From NCBI GenBank assembly GCA_028864975.1, contig JAGWLG010000013.1:13252-77251 (forward strand): DNA of 64,000 nucleotides, read 5' to 3'. The number at the start of each line of letters is the position of its first letter. The first letter of the stretch is position 1. A program made the translations under genes and the position numbers. This DNA is from Thermoplasmata archaeon. Its GTDB lineage: Archaea > Thermoplasmatota > Thermoplasmata > Lutacidiplasmatales > UBA184. Under the pieces are notes generated by a model that saw only the letters and a list, made by a program, of their open reading frames with translations, ran no database searches and was not told the origin of the DNA. Shown in pieces: positions 55,836-64,000 of the stretch.

Positions 55836-58800
55836 ATGCCCGGACGTGAGATGACCGAGGTACCGCTCTTGCCGACCGACATCTTCCTGCCGGGGACTCC
55901 CTCGCGTCCTGGGGGCAATGGGGCGCCCACCATGTGGGCCTCTCCGTCGTATCCGTGGGGCGGGTCCGTGGACCACCTCCCCGTCCATCGGTCCGTGCTC
56001 TTCCCACGCCGCGTCCGCGTCCTCCCCGACTTCCGGCCCTTCGGTGCCCTCCCTCGGATGACGGGGGCCCTGGAGGTCCGATGGGACAGCTGGGGGAACG
56101 TGACGTACGGACTGGCCTTCGAACGAACGGACGATGCCCGGTTCTTCGAAGCGGTCCTCCAGGAGAGCTATCCCGGTGTGCAGCTGGTGCCGAGCGTGAG
56201 CGCGATCGCGCTCAGCCGTCCGCTCTACGGGGGGTGGGGGGGATACGCGCTCCGGGCCCGGCTGGCCCGCGACCATGATCATCCCCTGGTCGTCCTTCCC
56301 GAACGCGATTACGGGAACCACCTCCTGCACGTTCTGCGCACCCTCCAGAAGGTCGATGTCACCCTTCAGGTGCTCTTCGAGCCGTACCGTCGAGCTGGGC
56401 GCTTCCTCGTCGAAGCACGGATGGCCGTCTGCGGCCCCGGGAGCCCGGAGGAGGGGGACCTTGCCGGGGGCGCGGGGAGGGCCTTTGCCTCCTGGATCGC
56501 GCAGTTCAACGCGGACAGCTCCGAGAACTCCCTGCAGATGGAGTACGTCGACCCCCGGTGGTGGAACCGTCGGCGAAGGGACCTCTTGTGGGAGTCCATG
56601 CTGCTCCACGACCCTCGTCGCGACCGGGTCCCTCGGGACCGACGTCCCATCCTCTCCGGTGTGGGGTTGGCCGCGATCTGCTCCTTCCCCTCTCTGGGTT
56701 ACCACCCCGAGCTGGCGCGGACCCATGGACCCGTCCTCCCGTCGCCCCCCTCGCCGCCTCCCTGGCGGCCTTTCCCTCCGGCCAGGGCTCTGCCGACCCC
56801 TCCCCCCTCCGTCTCCAGCGCGCCATCGGGAGTCCCCCTCACCTTCCCTCCGCCTCCGCCACCCTCTTCGACACCTGTGAGAGCTCCGTCGACGCCTCCC
56901 GCCCTCGGGACCCTCCCCCCGCGTCCGTCCCCCGCGCCCACGGCGGCAACGGCTCCTCCCGCGCCTTCGTTCCCACCCTCGCTCCCGATCCCACCCCCGC
57001 CCGCTTCATCGGCATCTTCAGCGCCTGCCCTTCCCTTCCCCCCTCCCTCTCCGACGCGTTCCGTCGGGGGGCCGCTCGTGACGGTTTCCCGGACCCCGAT
57101 CGTTCTGGGGCCTTCCTCCTCGTGCCGACTGGTCCTTGGGCCGTCGCCCCAGGGGGGAGCGGTCTTCCTGCTCGAGGGCTGGTACAACCTGCTGACCGTG
57201 GGGAGGACCCGTTCGGGGAAGACCTCGCTCCTCACAGGTATCGCGGTCCAGATCCCCGTGCTTGACCCCGGGTCCATCGTCGTGGTGGTGGACTCCCAAG
57301 GAGGCCTCATCGAGGGCGTGCGGTCGATGCTCTCGCCCGAGCTCGCGGCCCACACCGTGGAGATCGACCCCGCCCAGTGCCTCTTCTCCGAAGGGAACGT
57401 CACTCGGGTCTCCGTAGGATTGAACCCCCTCTCGGCCCCGGACGGGTGGGGGAGCGACCCCCACCGACTGACCGAGGCCGCGCACCTCCTGGCCGATGCC
57501 CTCGTGAGCTCCTTCCGCACGGTCGTCGGCGACGAATCGGTCCGCTCGAAGACCCAGCACCTCCTGTACCACGCCGCCCGAGCGCTGGTGCAGCTGCGGA
57601 GGACGAACCTCTTCGACCTGTTCCTGGTCCTGACGGACCGAGGGGCGGCGGAGCGGTTGGCCGTCTCGGTCTCCGACCCGGTGCTACGGCACTTCCTGGA
57701 GGTCGAGCTGCCCACCCTTCAGCGCGAGCCGCAGTGGGGGGCCTCGCTCTTGCCCGCCCTGAACAAGGTCGAGAAGATCGTCGGGAACCCCCTCCTTCGC
57801 GCGCTCCTCTCCCAGCGCCGGTCGCCCGTCCCGATGACGCGCCTCTTGGAGGAGCGGGTGCTCCTCCTCAACCTGGCCAAGGGACGCATGGGCGCGGAGT
57901 CGTCGACCTTCCTGGGGTCCGTGCTCCTGGAGATGATCGGGGCCGCGCTCCAGCGCGGGGAGGGGACCGGCGGTCGGCGGGTCTACCTCGTCGTGGACGA
58001 GTTCCAGGACCTGGCGCCCCGGGTGCTCACCCAGCTGCTCGCCCAGGGGGCCAAGTGGGGAGTACGGATGGTCCTCGCGACGCAGGACCTCTCGCAGGTG
58101 GCGCAAGAGCTGCGGGCCTCGTTGCTCGCGAACGCCGACGCGTTCGCCTTCCTGCGATGCTCCCCCGAGGACGCGGTGGCCGCGTGGGAGGTGTCCCAGG
58201 CCGAGCGGGCCGGGCTCGCCCCCGGCGACTTCGTCCTCCTGGAGAACTTCCAGGGGGTCGCCGTCCAGGGGTCCCACCTGCTCCCGTTCCGGACGGTCCC
58301 GCTGGCGCCTGCCCCCGCGAGGTCCTCCGCGGTGCGGGAAGCGGTCGTGGCGTCCACGCGACGCTTCTCCTCGGAAGAGGACTCGCTGGACTCGCCGCTC
58401 TGCCGTTCCTCCCGGCTCTTCCCCCGTCTCCTGCCCCTCCTGGAGCCGACGCCCTTGGGTACGGCGGAGCTGGCGGCCAAGGCGGGCGCGGGTGAGGACG
58501 TGGTGGAGGCCTCGCTCCGCGAGGCCGTGCGGGCAGGGCTTCTCTCACGTGTCGCACCGTCGGGGGCGTATGCCCTCGCCGACCTGGGGCGGCGCTGGCT
58601 CGAGGCCCGAAGGGCCCTCCGTCCGGGGGGCGCGGAGGGGGAGGAGCACACGCTCGTGCTCGCTCGCTTCGCGTTGTGGGCCGAGAAGCGGTACGGTTGC
58701 AGCTTCCGCATGGTGCGGCAGCACGGGTCGGCCCCCCGGCCCGACGGGGAGATGGTCCGGGAGGGGCGATGGTGCTCGGTGCAGGTCGAGACGCTGCGCG

Positions 58801-59414
58801 GGAAGAACCGGGCGCAGGTCGTCCGGAACTTCCGAGAGGGGGAGGCGCTGGGGCGGGTCACCGTCTTTGTGGTGCCGGACGCCTCGAGGGAGGTGGAGCT
58901 CATGGGCTATCTGGAGGAGGCCGGGCTCTCCGACCGACGCGGCCGTTCCCTGCTGGTCCTCTTCGAAGGACCCGAGGGCGAGTTCCACCGCTCAACGCCG
59001 GAGGGACCGGAGGACCCCTTCCTCCTCGGCCCGTCGTCTCCCCTCCCGTCGTCGGGGTCCTCCTCCGAGGGCCCCGTCGTGCCTAGCGGAGCTACGCCGA
59101 GGAACTCCACGTTCCCGGAAGGGCTCGACCCGCATGACCGCGCCCAGGTGGTCCTGTGGGAGACGGTGCTGGCGTTGCGGGAGCGAGGGCTCCGCCGTGC
59201 GTCCCATCCGGAGATCCAGGCGGCCCTCCCGGAGGCGTCGCGGATCCTCCTTCCCCCCAACCTCGTCGGGCGTCACCTGAAGGACTGGGGGTTCGTCCAG
59301 CGGGAGGCCTGGGTCCGCCAGTCGAACGGCGAACGGAGGGCCCTTCGCGTCTACATCCTGGAGCCGCTCCCGTCGAGGCGGCAGGACGGGGCGCCGCCAT
59401 CGGAAGGTCCGTAA
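55836..59414 (+). CDS. VirD4/TraG/HerA-like P-loop ATPase fused to wHTH and PD-(D/E)xK-like nuclease domains
   Basis: Walker A GRTRSGKT (57201-57224); Walker B YLVVDEFQ (D at 57996); coupling-protein hallmarks LNLAKGRMG and LATQDLSQ; Pro-rich linker; C-terminal H...RPDG...VQVET. Confidence 0.8.
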   Translation: MPGREMTEVPLLPTDIFLPGTPSRPGGNGAPTMWASPSYPWGGSVDHLPVHRSVLFPRRVRVLPDFRPFGALPRMTGALEVRWDSWGNVTYGLAFERTDDARFFEAVLQESYPGVQLVPSVSAIALSRPLYGGWGGYALRARLARDHDHPLVVLPERDYGNHLLHVLRTLQKVDVTLQVLFEPYRRAGRFLVEARMAVCGPGSPEEGDLAGGAGRAFASWIAQFNADSSENSLQMEYVDPRWWNRRRRDLLWESMLLHDPRRDRVPRDRRPILSGVGLAAICSFPSLGYHPELARTHGPVLPSPPSPPPWRPFPPARALPTPPPSVSSAPSGVPLTFPPPPPPSSTPVRAPSTPPALGTLPPRPSPAPTAATAPPAPSFPPSLPIPPPPASSASSAPALPFPPPSPTRSVGGPLVTVSRTPIVLGPSSSCRLVLGPSPQGGAVFLLEGWYNLLTVGRTRSGKTSLLTGIAVQIPVLDPGSIVVVVDSQGGLIEGVRSMLSPELAAHTVEIDPAQCLFSEGNVTRVSVGLNPLSAPDGWGSDPHRLTEAAHLLADALVSSFRTVVGDESVRSKTQHLLYHAARALVQLRRTNLFDLFLVLTDRGAAERLAVSVSDPVLRHFLEVELPTLQREPQWGASLLPALNKVEKIVGNPLLRALLSQRRSPVPMTRLLEERVLLLNLAKGRMGAESSTFLGSVLLEMIGAALQRGEGTGGRRVYLVVDEFQDLAPRVLTQLLAQGAKWGVRMVLATQDLSQVAQELRASLLANADAFAFLRCSPEDAVAAWEVSQAERAGLAPGDFVLLENFQGVAVQGSHLLPFRTVPLAPAPARSSAVREAVVASTRRFSSEEDSLDSPLCRSSRLFPRLLPLLEPTPLGTAELAAKAGAGEDVVEASLREAVRAGLLSRVAPSGAYALADLGRRWLEARRALRPGGAEGEEHTLVLARFALWAEKRYGCSFRMVRQHGSAPRPDGEMVREGRWCSVQVETLRGKNRAQVVRNFREGEALGRVTVFVVPDASREVELMGYLEEAGLSDRRGRSLLVLFEGPEGEFHRSTPEGPEDPFLLGPSSPLPSSGSSSEGPVVPSGATPRNSTFPEGLDPHDRAQVVLWETVLALRERGLRRASHPEIQAALPEASRILLPPNLVGRHLKDWGFVQREAWVRQSNGERRALRVYILEPLPSRRQDGAPPSEGP

Positions 59415-59617
59415 CGGCCGCGCGCCACACGCGTGGGCTCGGACGAGAGCTCGGGGACGATGATGTCGGGCGGGGAGAGCCCCGTTCTTCCGAAGGGCCC
59501 CGTTCCCTGGGAACCGGCAGAAGACGGTGGCTCGGGCCCTGAGGGAGCACCTGTTGCTAGGGGCAGGCGCCGAGGAACGGGCGCGGTGCCGCTGGCCCCC
59601 TACCGGCGAACGTGGAC

Positions 59618-59827
59618 CTACGCGGGGACGGCCCGTCGACCACGACGGGCCGCGTGGGTGGCAGAGGACTTGGCTCGTCGCTCGGCCAACAACTGGAGAG
59701 CGCGGCCGGCGTCACGGTTCGCCTCGGCGGCGGCTTCTTCGGGGGTCTCCTTGGCCCACCGGGCCGCCCGGACCCTCCGCGAGCGGTGAAGGTCGCGCTG
59801 GAAGGCGGACTCCTTGGGAGCGCTCAT
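59618..59827 (-). CDS. small basic helical hypothetical protein
   Basis: 69-aa ORF in the gap before the divergent surface-protein gene. Confidence 0.4.
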   Translation of the reverse strand: MSAPKESAFQRDLHRSRRVRAARWAKETPEEAAAEANRDAGRALQLLAERRAKSSATHAARRGRRAVPA

Positions 59828-59965
59828 GGGACGTTCTCGGGTGTGACAATCGGCACGGGAGGAAGGCTGCGTGCGCTATTGAGAATGGGGATGCGATCGA
59901 CGACCCTGGGGCGGGCTTCCAGGCTTATTACGCCGTGAAGGCCCTAGGTCGTCCCCCCTTCCACG

Positions 59966-62900
59966 ATGTCACGCCCCTACCACTCTTCGGCCATGACGGC
60001 CCCCTTCGCCGCCGACCCTCATCGGGAGCGAGCAGCACGCCGCGTGCTGGCGATCCTCCTCGCACCCCTGCTTTTCTCCACGGGAGGGGCGGTGGGCGGC
60101 GGCCACGCTGCCGCTCTCGGAACGCCGAGGGCCCTGGCCGCCTCCACGTGGCCGACCTCGGTCGTCGCTTCGGGCTACCTCTCACAAGGGAACTCCTACC
60201 TGCAGGACACGGGCATCCACAGCCCGACCCCGGGGTGGAACGTCCTCTACCAGACGGTGCTCCCGCCGGCCGTCGCTTCGCTGAACGGGGCCTTCTCTTG
60301 GATGGATGCGGGCTATGGCGGGAGCCTGGGGAAGGTCTCGCTTGACCTGACCGACCTCAGCACGGGAGCCACGGTCCAGTACCTCAACGGAACGTCCCAG
60401 CCTTCGCTGGGTGAGTTGTGGTACAACTTCTCGACACCCGGGTACCTGCTCCTGAACGTCTCGGCCAGCTACCGGTTAACCCTCGCGGGCTATTGCTCCC
60501 TGTCCGCCACCTGCCTCGTGGGCGATGGGACCACGGCCCACCGCGCGCTCTTCCTAGCGTTCAACAGGTCCACGTTGGTCCAAGCGAACCGTAGTTCCCC
60601 CCTCCTGGCTTCGGTTGGGGCCCCGAGCTCGGCTTCCTTCGACCTTCCTCTCTCGAGCTCGAGCGTCGTCGAGGTGGACTCGTGGACCAACTCGCTTTCT
60701 CTCGTCGGAGCGCCCGCAGGTTGGGCCATGTTCGACAATCTCTCGGTCCAGGACCTCTCCAGCGGCCGGGTCCTCTGGACGCAGAGCGTGGCGGTGACCC
60801 AACCCTCGGCCGTGACCTGGCGTTTCTGGCCGCAGCTCTCGGTGCCATCGGCGGACCTCATCGCGCTCGAGCTCTCGACCTCGCTCTCGGGAGCGGCCGC
60901 GGGGAGCAAGGTGGTGGCCGTCGGGGGCAGTGGCCACCCCGCGTGGAACCTGACGCTCGCCGCCCCGCCCTTCCTTGCCCTTTCGGTGCTCGAGGGCCCG
61001 GTTCCCCTTCCCGTGGGCGTCTCCACGAGTTCCCTCCTGGTCTCCGGGACCGGTCGCTATCACTTCACGTTCGAAACGGGGAACGGTAGCATCTACTCGA
61101 ACGCGAGCGCCACGAGCAGCGCGACCACCGCATCCTGGCGGTACAATTGGACGGGAGCCTTCGCGCCTCAGGTGTTCCTCGCTGCGAACCTCTCCTCTAC
61201 GGGCATCACCTACTGGGCTGCGAGCGGGGCGCCTGGGCCTCTGGCGGTCTTAGTGGTCGCACCTCCCCCCATGGTGGTCTCCACCGACCCGTCGCCTCCC
61301 GACGGGGTGGGGCCGCTGTTGGTGAACCTCCTCGCGTGGCAGCCTCCTCGCGGGTCGATGTGGCACTACACGATCACCTGGGGGACCCCCGGGGGGACCA
61401 CGGTCCAGAACGGCACGGGCAACGCTAGCTGGACGTACCCCGCGTCGCCGCTGGGGACCTATCCCCTGAACGTCTCCGCCTGCGTCTTCCCCCCTGGCCA
61501 CACCGGCGGGAACCTGTGCGTGCGCGCCTCTCCCACGATCGAGGTCTCGACGGAGGTGACCCCGAGCCTGCACCCCTCGAGAGGGGTCACGGACGCGGGC
61601 GTCGCGGTTGCCTTCACTCCTGCAGAGACCGGAGGCTCCGGGCACTACTCGAACTTCTCCTGGGACTTCGGCGACGGGACACGGGCGTACGGGAACCTCA
61701 CGCTGACCCACGTCTACGCGAACCCTGGGACCTACCGCATCAACCTCACCGTGGTGGATAGCGACGGCAACGTCGGCAGCACGGTCCTGTCCTACCGTAT
61801 CGCCCCCGAGCTGTGGGCGAACGCGAGCGCCTCTCCGACGGTCGGGCCGGCTCCCCTCCCGGTCGAGCTCACGGAGTCGATCTCGGGCGGGACCACCTTT
61901 CTCTCCCCCGGTTTCCCGGCGGGCGTAGGCAATGCCTCCGTGGCCTGGCGGTTCCCTAGGGGAGGGGAGGCCGGTGGCCAGCTCCTGACCCAGGTCTTCA
62001 GCTATCCGGGGACCTACCCCGTCGAGTGCTGGGTCAATGACACGGGCGGGTCCCACCGCTCGGCCAACCTCTCCATCGAAGTGACCGGAGACGCCCAACC
62101 CTTTGGTTGGGCCACCCCCCGCGGCCCGGTGTCGCAATCGGGAGCGTCGGACGGCCCGGGGCCTCGTGCTGCGAGCATCCTGGCTTCGGCCGACCTTGGC
62201 CCTGGGAGCGTGGTGGGGATCTCCTTCCTCTCCGGAGAAGGACCGGATGGGACGCTCCTTGTGGCGGACGCGAACGGCACGCTTTGGGGGTTGGACGGGG
62301 TCACCCTCCATCCCCTTTGGCGCACGGGCCTCGCGGCGTTCGGGGAGGTCCTGAAGGGAGGGCCCAGCTCGGCGGACGGGACGGCCTTCCTCCTCGGAGG
62401 GTCCTCCCTCCTCGGAGCGACCACCCTTTTCGCCTTCAATGCGAGCACGGGGGCGCTCCGCTGGAAGTTGGACGTCGACCCGGCGAACTGGCCGAGCGGC
62501 CTCTTGGGCGCGCCGGTACCGGTCGGAGGCCAGGTCTTTGTCACCAGCCCGGACTTCCTCTCCGCGGTCAACCTCTCCACCGGTGCGCTCCTGTGGCAGG
62601 AGAGCCTCTTCGGGACCGACCCGGGCTACACGATGGCGTACGGCGACAGCTACCTCTTCGGACAATCGCCGCCGACGTACTGGGCACCGGCGAGCGTGAA
62701 TGCGTTCAGCACCCGCTCCCAAGGGTACGGAGCCTTCCCCGATGGGATCTCCTCGGGCGCCTACACGGTCTACGAGGACGGCATGGTCTCGCTCGCCGGG
62801 CCCGCGGGTCAGGCCGAGGGGGCGATCTCCGGCACGCCCCCCTACTGGGACGCGACACTGGGAGGTGGCGCGGCCCTTCTCCCCCCGGCGGTGGCCGACG

Positions 62901-63883
62901 GGAGGGTGTTCTTGACGAACGGGTCGGGGCCCCTCTTTGCCCTCTCCGAGCTCAATGGCTCCCTCCTCTGGGAGAGGCCGGGTCCGATCGTGAGCGCCCC
63001 CGTCGTGGGAGGCGGCCAGGTCTACGTCGGGGTTCGGGGAAGCTCCGGTGACGTGCTGGAGAGCCTCTCGGCCGAGAGCGGGGTGGTGGACTGGCAGCTC
63101 AACCTGAGCGCGGCCCCCGCGACCCTTCCCGCGATCGGCGACGGCATCCTCTACTTCGCGGGCCCGGGGGGCGACATCACCGCCGTGGGGGCGCAGCCGC
63201 TCCGGGTGTCCGTCAGCACCCCTGCGACGGTCGTGTCCGCGGGAGTTCCGGTGAGCTTCCAGGCCCTGTCGAGCGGAGGCAGCGGTCCGGCGACGGTCGT
63301 CGCGTGGCTCTTCTCCGATGGGACGACGGCCAACGGCACCACGGTCGGGCACACGTTCAGTTCCCCGGGCTCTGCCTGGGCTCGCGCGGTCGCGGTCGAC
63401 GCGCAGGGGGACGTCTCCGCACCCTCGGAAGTGGACCTTAGCGTGCTCGCGGCCCCTCTCGCGCCTTCGGTCGTGGTCTCCTCGGACGGGGTTGGAGCGG
63501 CGCGTGTCGCATGGACCCCGAACTCGGGCCCCGACTTTGCGAGCTACCAGCTCTTCGTCGGGATCGACGGGGCTCCCCTGGGGCTGCAGGCCACGATCTC
63601 CGACCCCACGACCACGAGCTGGGGGCTACGCGACCTCCCGCTCGACGCGCTTGTCGAGGTGCAGGTCGGGCTGAACACCACGTTGGGATCGTCGAACCTC
63701 TCGAACCCCGTCTTCTGGAAGGTCCCTCTGGTCGGCCCCGCTCTTTCCGTTTCCGAGGGCCCGGGCCACCCTGGGGAACCGGTCCTCTCTTGGTCGCTCC
63801 CGTTCGTCGATCACTTCGCAGGGTGGCAGGCCGCTTTCGACATCCCCGTGGAAGGTTGGAGGAACCTTAGGTGTCGCTACTAA
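59966..63883 (+). CDS. large secreted protein: PKD domains, PQQ-like beta-propeller, FN3; C-terminus cut by an IS
   Basis: FSWDFGDG/WLFSDG PKDs; AFNASTGALRW, AVNLSTGALLW, ALSELNGSLLW PQQ-like blades; FN3 WTPN...YQL; last codons (RCRY*) derive from the IS end; no TM anchor. Confidence 0.85.
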   Translation: MSRPYHSSAMTAPFAADPHRERAARRVLAILLAPLLFSTGGAVGGGHAAALGTPRALAASTWPTSVVASGYLSQGNSYLQDTGIHSPTPGWNVLYQTVLPPAVASLNGAFSWMDAGYGGSLGKVSLDLTDLSTGATVQYLNGTSQPSLGELWYNFSTPGYLLLNVSASYRLTLAGYCSLSATCLVGDGTTAHRALFLAFNRSTLVQANRSSPLLASVGAPSSASFDLPLSSSSVVEVDSWTNSLSLVGAPAGWAMFDNLSVQDLSSGRVLWTQSVAVTQPSAVTWRFWPQLSVPSADLIALELSTSLSGAAAGSKVVAVGGSGHPAWNLTLAAPPFLALSVLEGPVPLPVGVSTSSLLVSGTGRYHFTFETGNGSIYSNASATSSATTASWRYNWTGAFAPQVFLAANLSSTGITYWAASGAPGPLAVLVVAPPPMVVSTDPSPPDGVGPLLVNLLAWQPPRGSMWHYTITWGTPGGTTVQNGTGNASWTYPASPLGTYPLNVSACVFPPGHTGGNLCVRASPTIEVSTEVTPSLHPSRGVTDAGVAVAFTPAETGGSGHYSNFSWDFGDGTRAYGNLTLTHVYANPGTYRINLTVVDSDGNVGSTVLSYRIAPELWANASASPTVGPAPLPVELTESISGGTTFLSPGFPAGVGNASVAWRFPRGGEAGGQLLTQVFSYPGTYPVECWVNDTGGSHRSANLSIEVTGDAQPFGWATPRGPVSQSGASDGPGPRAASILASADLGPGSVVGISFLSGEGPDGTLLVADANGTLWGLDGVTLHPLWRTGLAAFGEVLKGGPSSADGTAFLLGGSSLLGATTLFAFNASTGALRWKLDVDPANWPSGLLGAPVPVGGQVFVTSPDFLSAVNLSTGALLWQESLFGTDPGYTMAYGDSYLFGQSPPTYWAPASVNAFSTRSQGYGAFPDGISSGAYTVYEDGMVSLAGPAGQAEGAISGTPPYWDATLGGGAALLPPAVADGRVFLTNGSGPLFALSELNGSLLWERPGPIVSAPVVGGGQVYVGVRGSSGDVLESLSAESGVVDWQLNLSAAPATLPAIGDGILYFAGPGGDITAVGAQPLRVSVSTPATVVSAGVPVSFQALSSGGSGPATVVAWLFSDGTTANGTTVGHTFSSPGSAWARAVAVDAQGDVSAPSEVDLSVLAAPLAPSVVVSSDGVGAARVAWTPNSGPDFASYQLFVGIDGAPLGLQATISDPTTTSWGLRDLPLDALVEVQVGLNTTLGSSNLSNPVFWKVPLVGPALSVSEGPGHPGEPVLSWSLPFVDHFAGWQAAFDIPVEGWRNLRCRY

Positions 63884-64000
63884 ATAATTGACTCATTTCG
63901 TCCGCTTGGAGCGCGGGCGAATGGTGTAGTTCCAGTCAGCGTGGAACCGATGGGGCACGAGTCGTAGCGTGGCCATCTGCTCGTCGGTCACCCGGACCCC
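63869..64000 (-). mobile_element. right end of an ISAzo13-family insertion sequence (continues beyond the window)
   Basis: Abrupt AT-rich end AGGTGTCGCTACTAAATAATTGAC next to the transposase stop; exact boundary approximate. Confidence 0.75.
63893..64000 (-). CDS. ISAzo13-family transposase, C-terminal 35 aa (5'-partial, not in the ORF track)
   Basis: Manual translation GVRVTDEQMATLRLVPHRFHADWNYTIRPRSKRTK*, matching the ISAzo13 C-terminal G.KV.DEE......FHG.WNYTI.P pattern. Confidence 0.85.
   Translation of the reverse strand, partial: GVRVTDEQMATLRLVPHRFHADWNYTIRPRSKRTK

Noticed and set aside
50298-59827. Complete integrative conjugative element
   Set aside because: No integrase, VirB4, att repeats or replication gene found in the window; only the coupling-like ATPase supports mobility.
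63910-63945. tRNA-like 5' end GCGGGCGAATGGTGTAG
   Set aside because: It is the antisense of the ISAzo13 transposase WNYTIRP codons, and no T arm follows.

Overview
High-GC archaeal chromosome segment (GC not computed), most consistent with Thermoplasmata. The evidence is dph2, DUF131, a class II HMG-CoA reductase, a bacterio-opsin-activator-type HTH, gyrase B, and TATA boxes about 22-30 nt upstream of often leaderless starts. 1-10 kb is mostly housekeeping: CorA-like transporter, gyrB carrying a 165-aa mini-intein, VIT1, grpE, HMG-CoA reductase and pdxT. The rest is accessory. It holds large membrane-anchored surface proteins (two S53 sedolisin proteases, two tandem YVTN/Ig/PKD adhesin-like paralogues, an Asp-box propeller, a PQQ/PKD/FN3 protein) and at least five toxin-antitoxin-type modules, several with visible operator palindromes. 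There are three IS elements: (i) a tnpB-only element bounded by IS6-like 48-bp terminal inverted repeats instead of IS200/IS605 hairpins, with a D-to-Q change at the RuvC-III catalytic position; (ii) a canonical IS605/IS1341-type tnpB element whose ends, target motif (CTAC) and empty site can be reconstructed from the sequence; (iii) the 3' end of an ISAzo13-family transposase that truncates the last surface-protein gene. A 1192-aa VirD4/TraG-like ATPase fused to winged-helix and PD-(D/E)xK-like domains is the other main oddity. No CRISPR array, rRNA or intact tRNA was found. All family assignments come from motif recognition by eye, not database searches.
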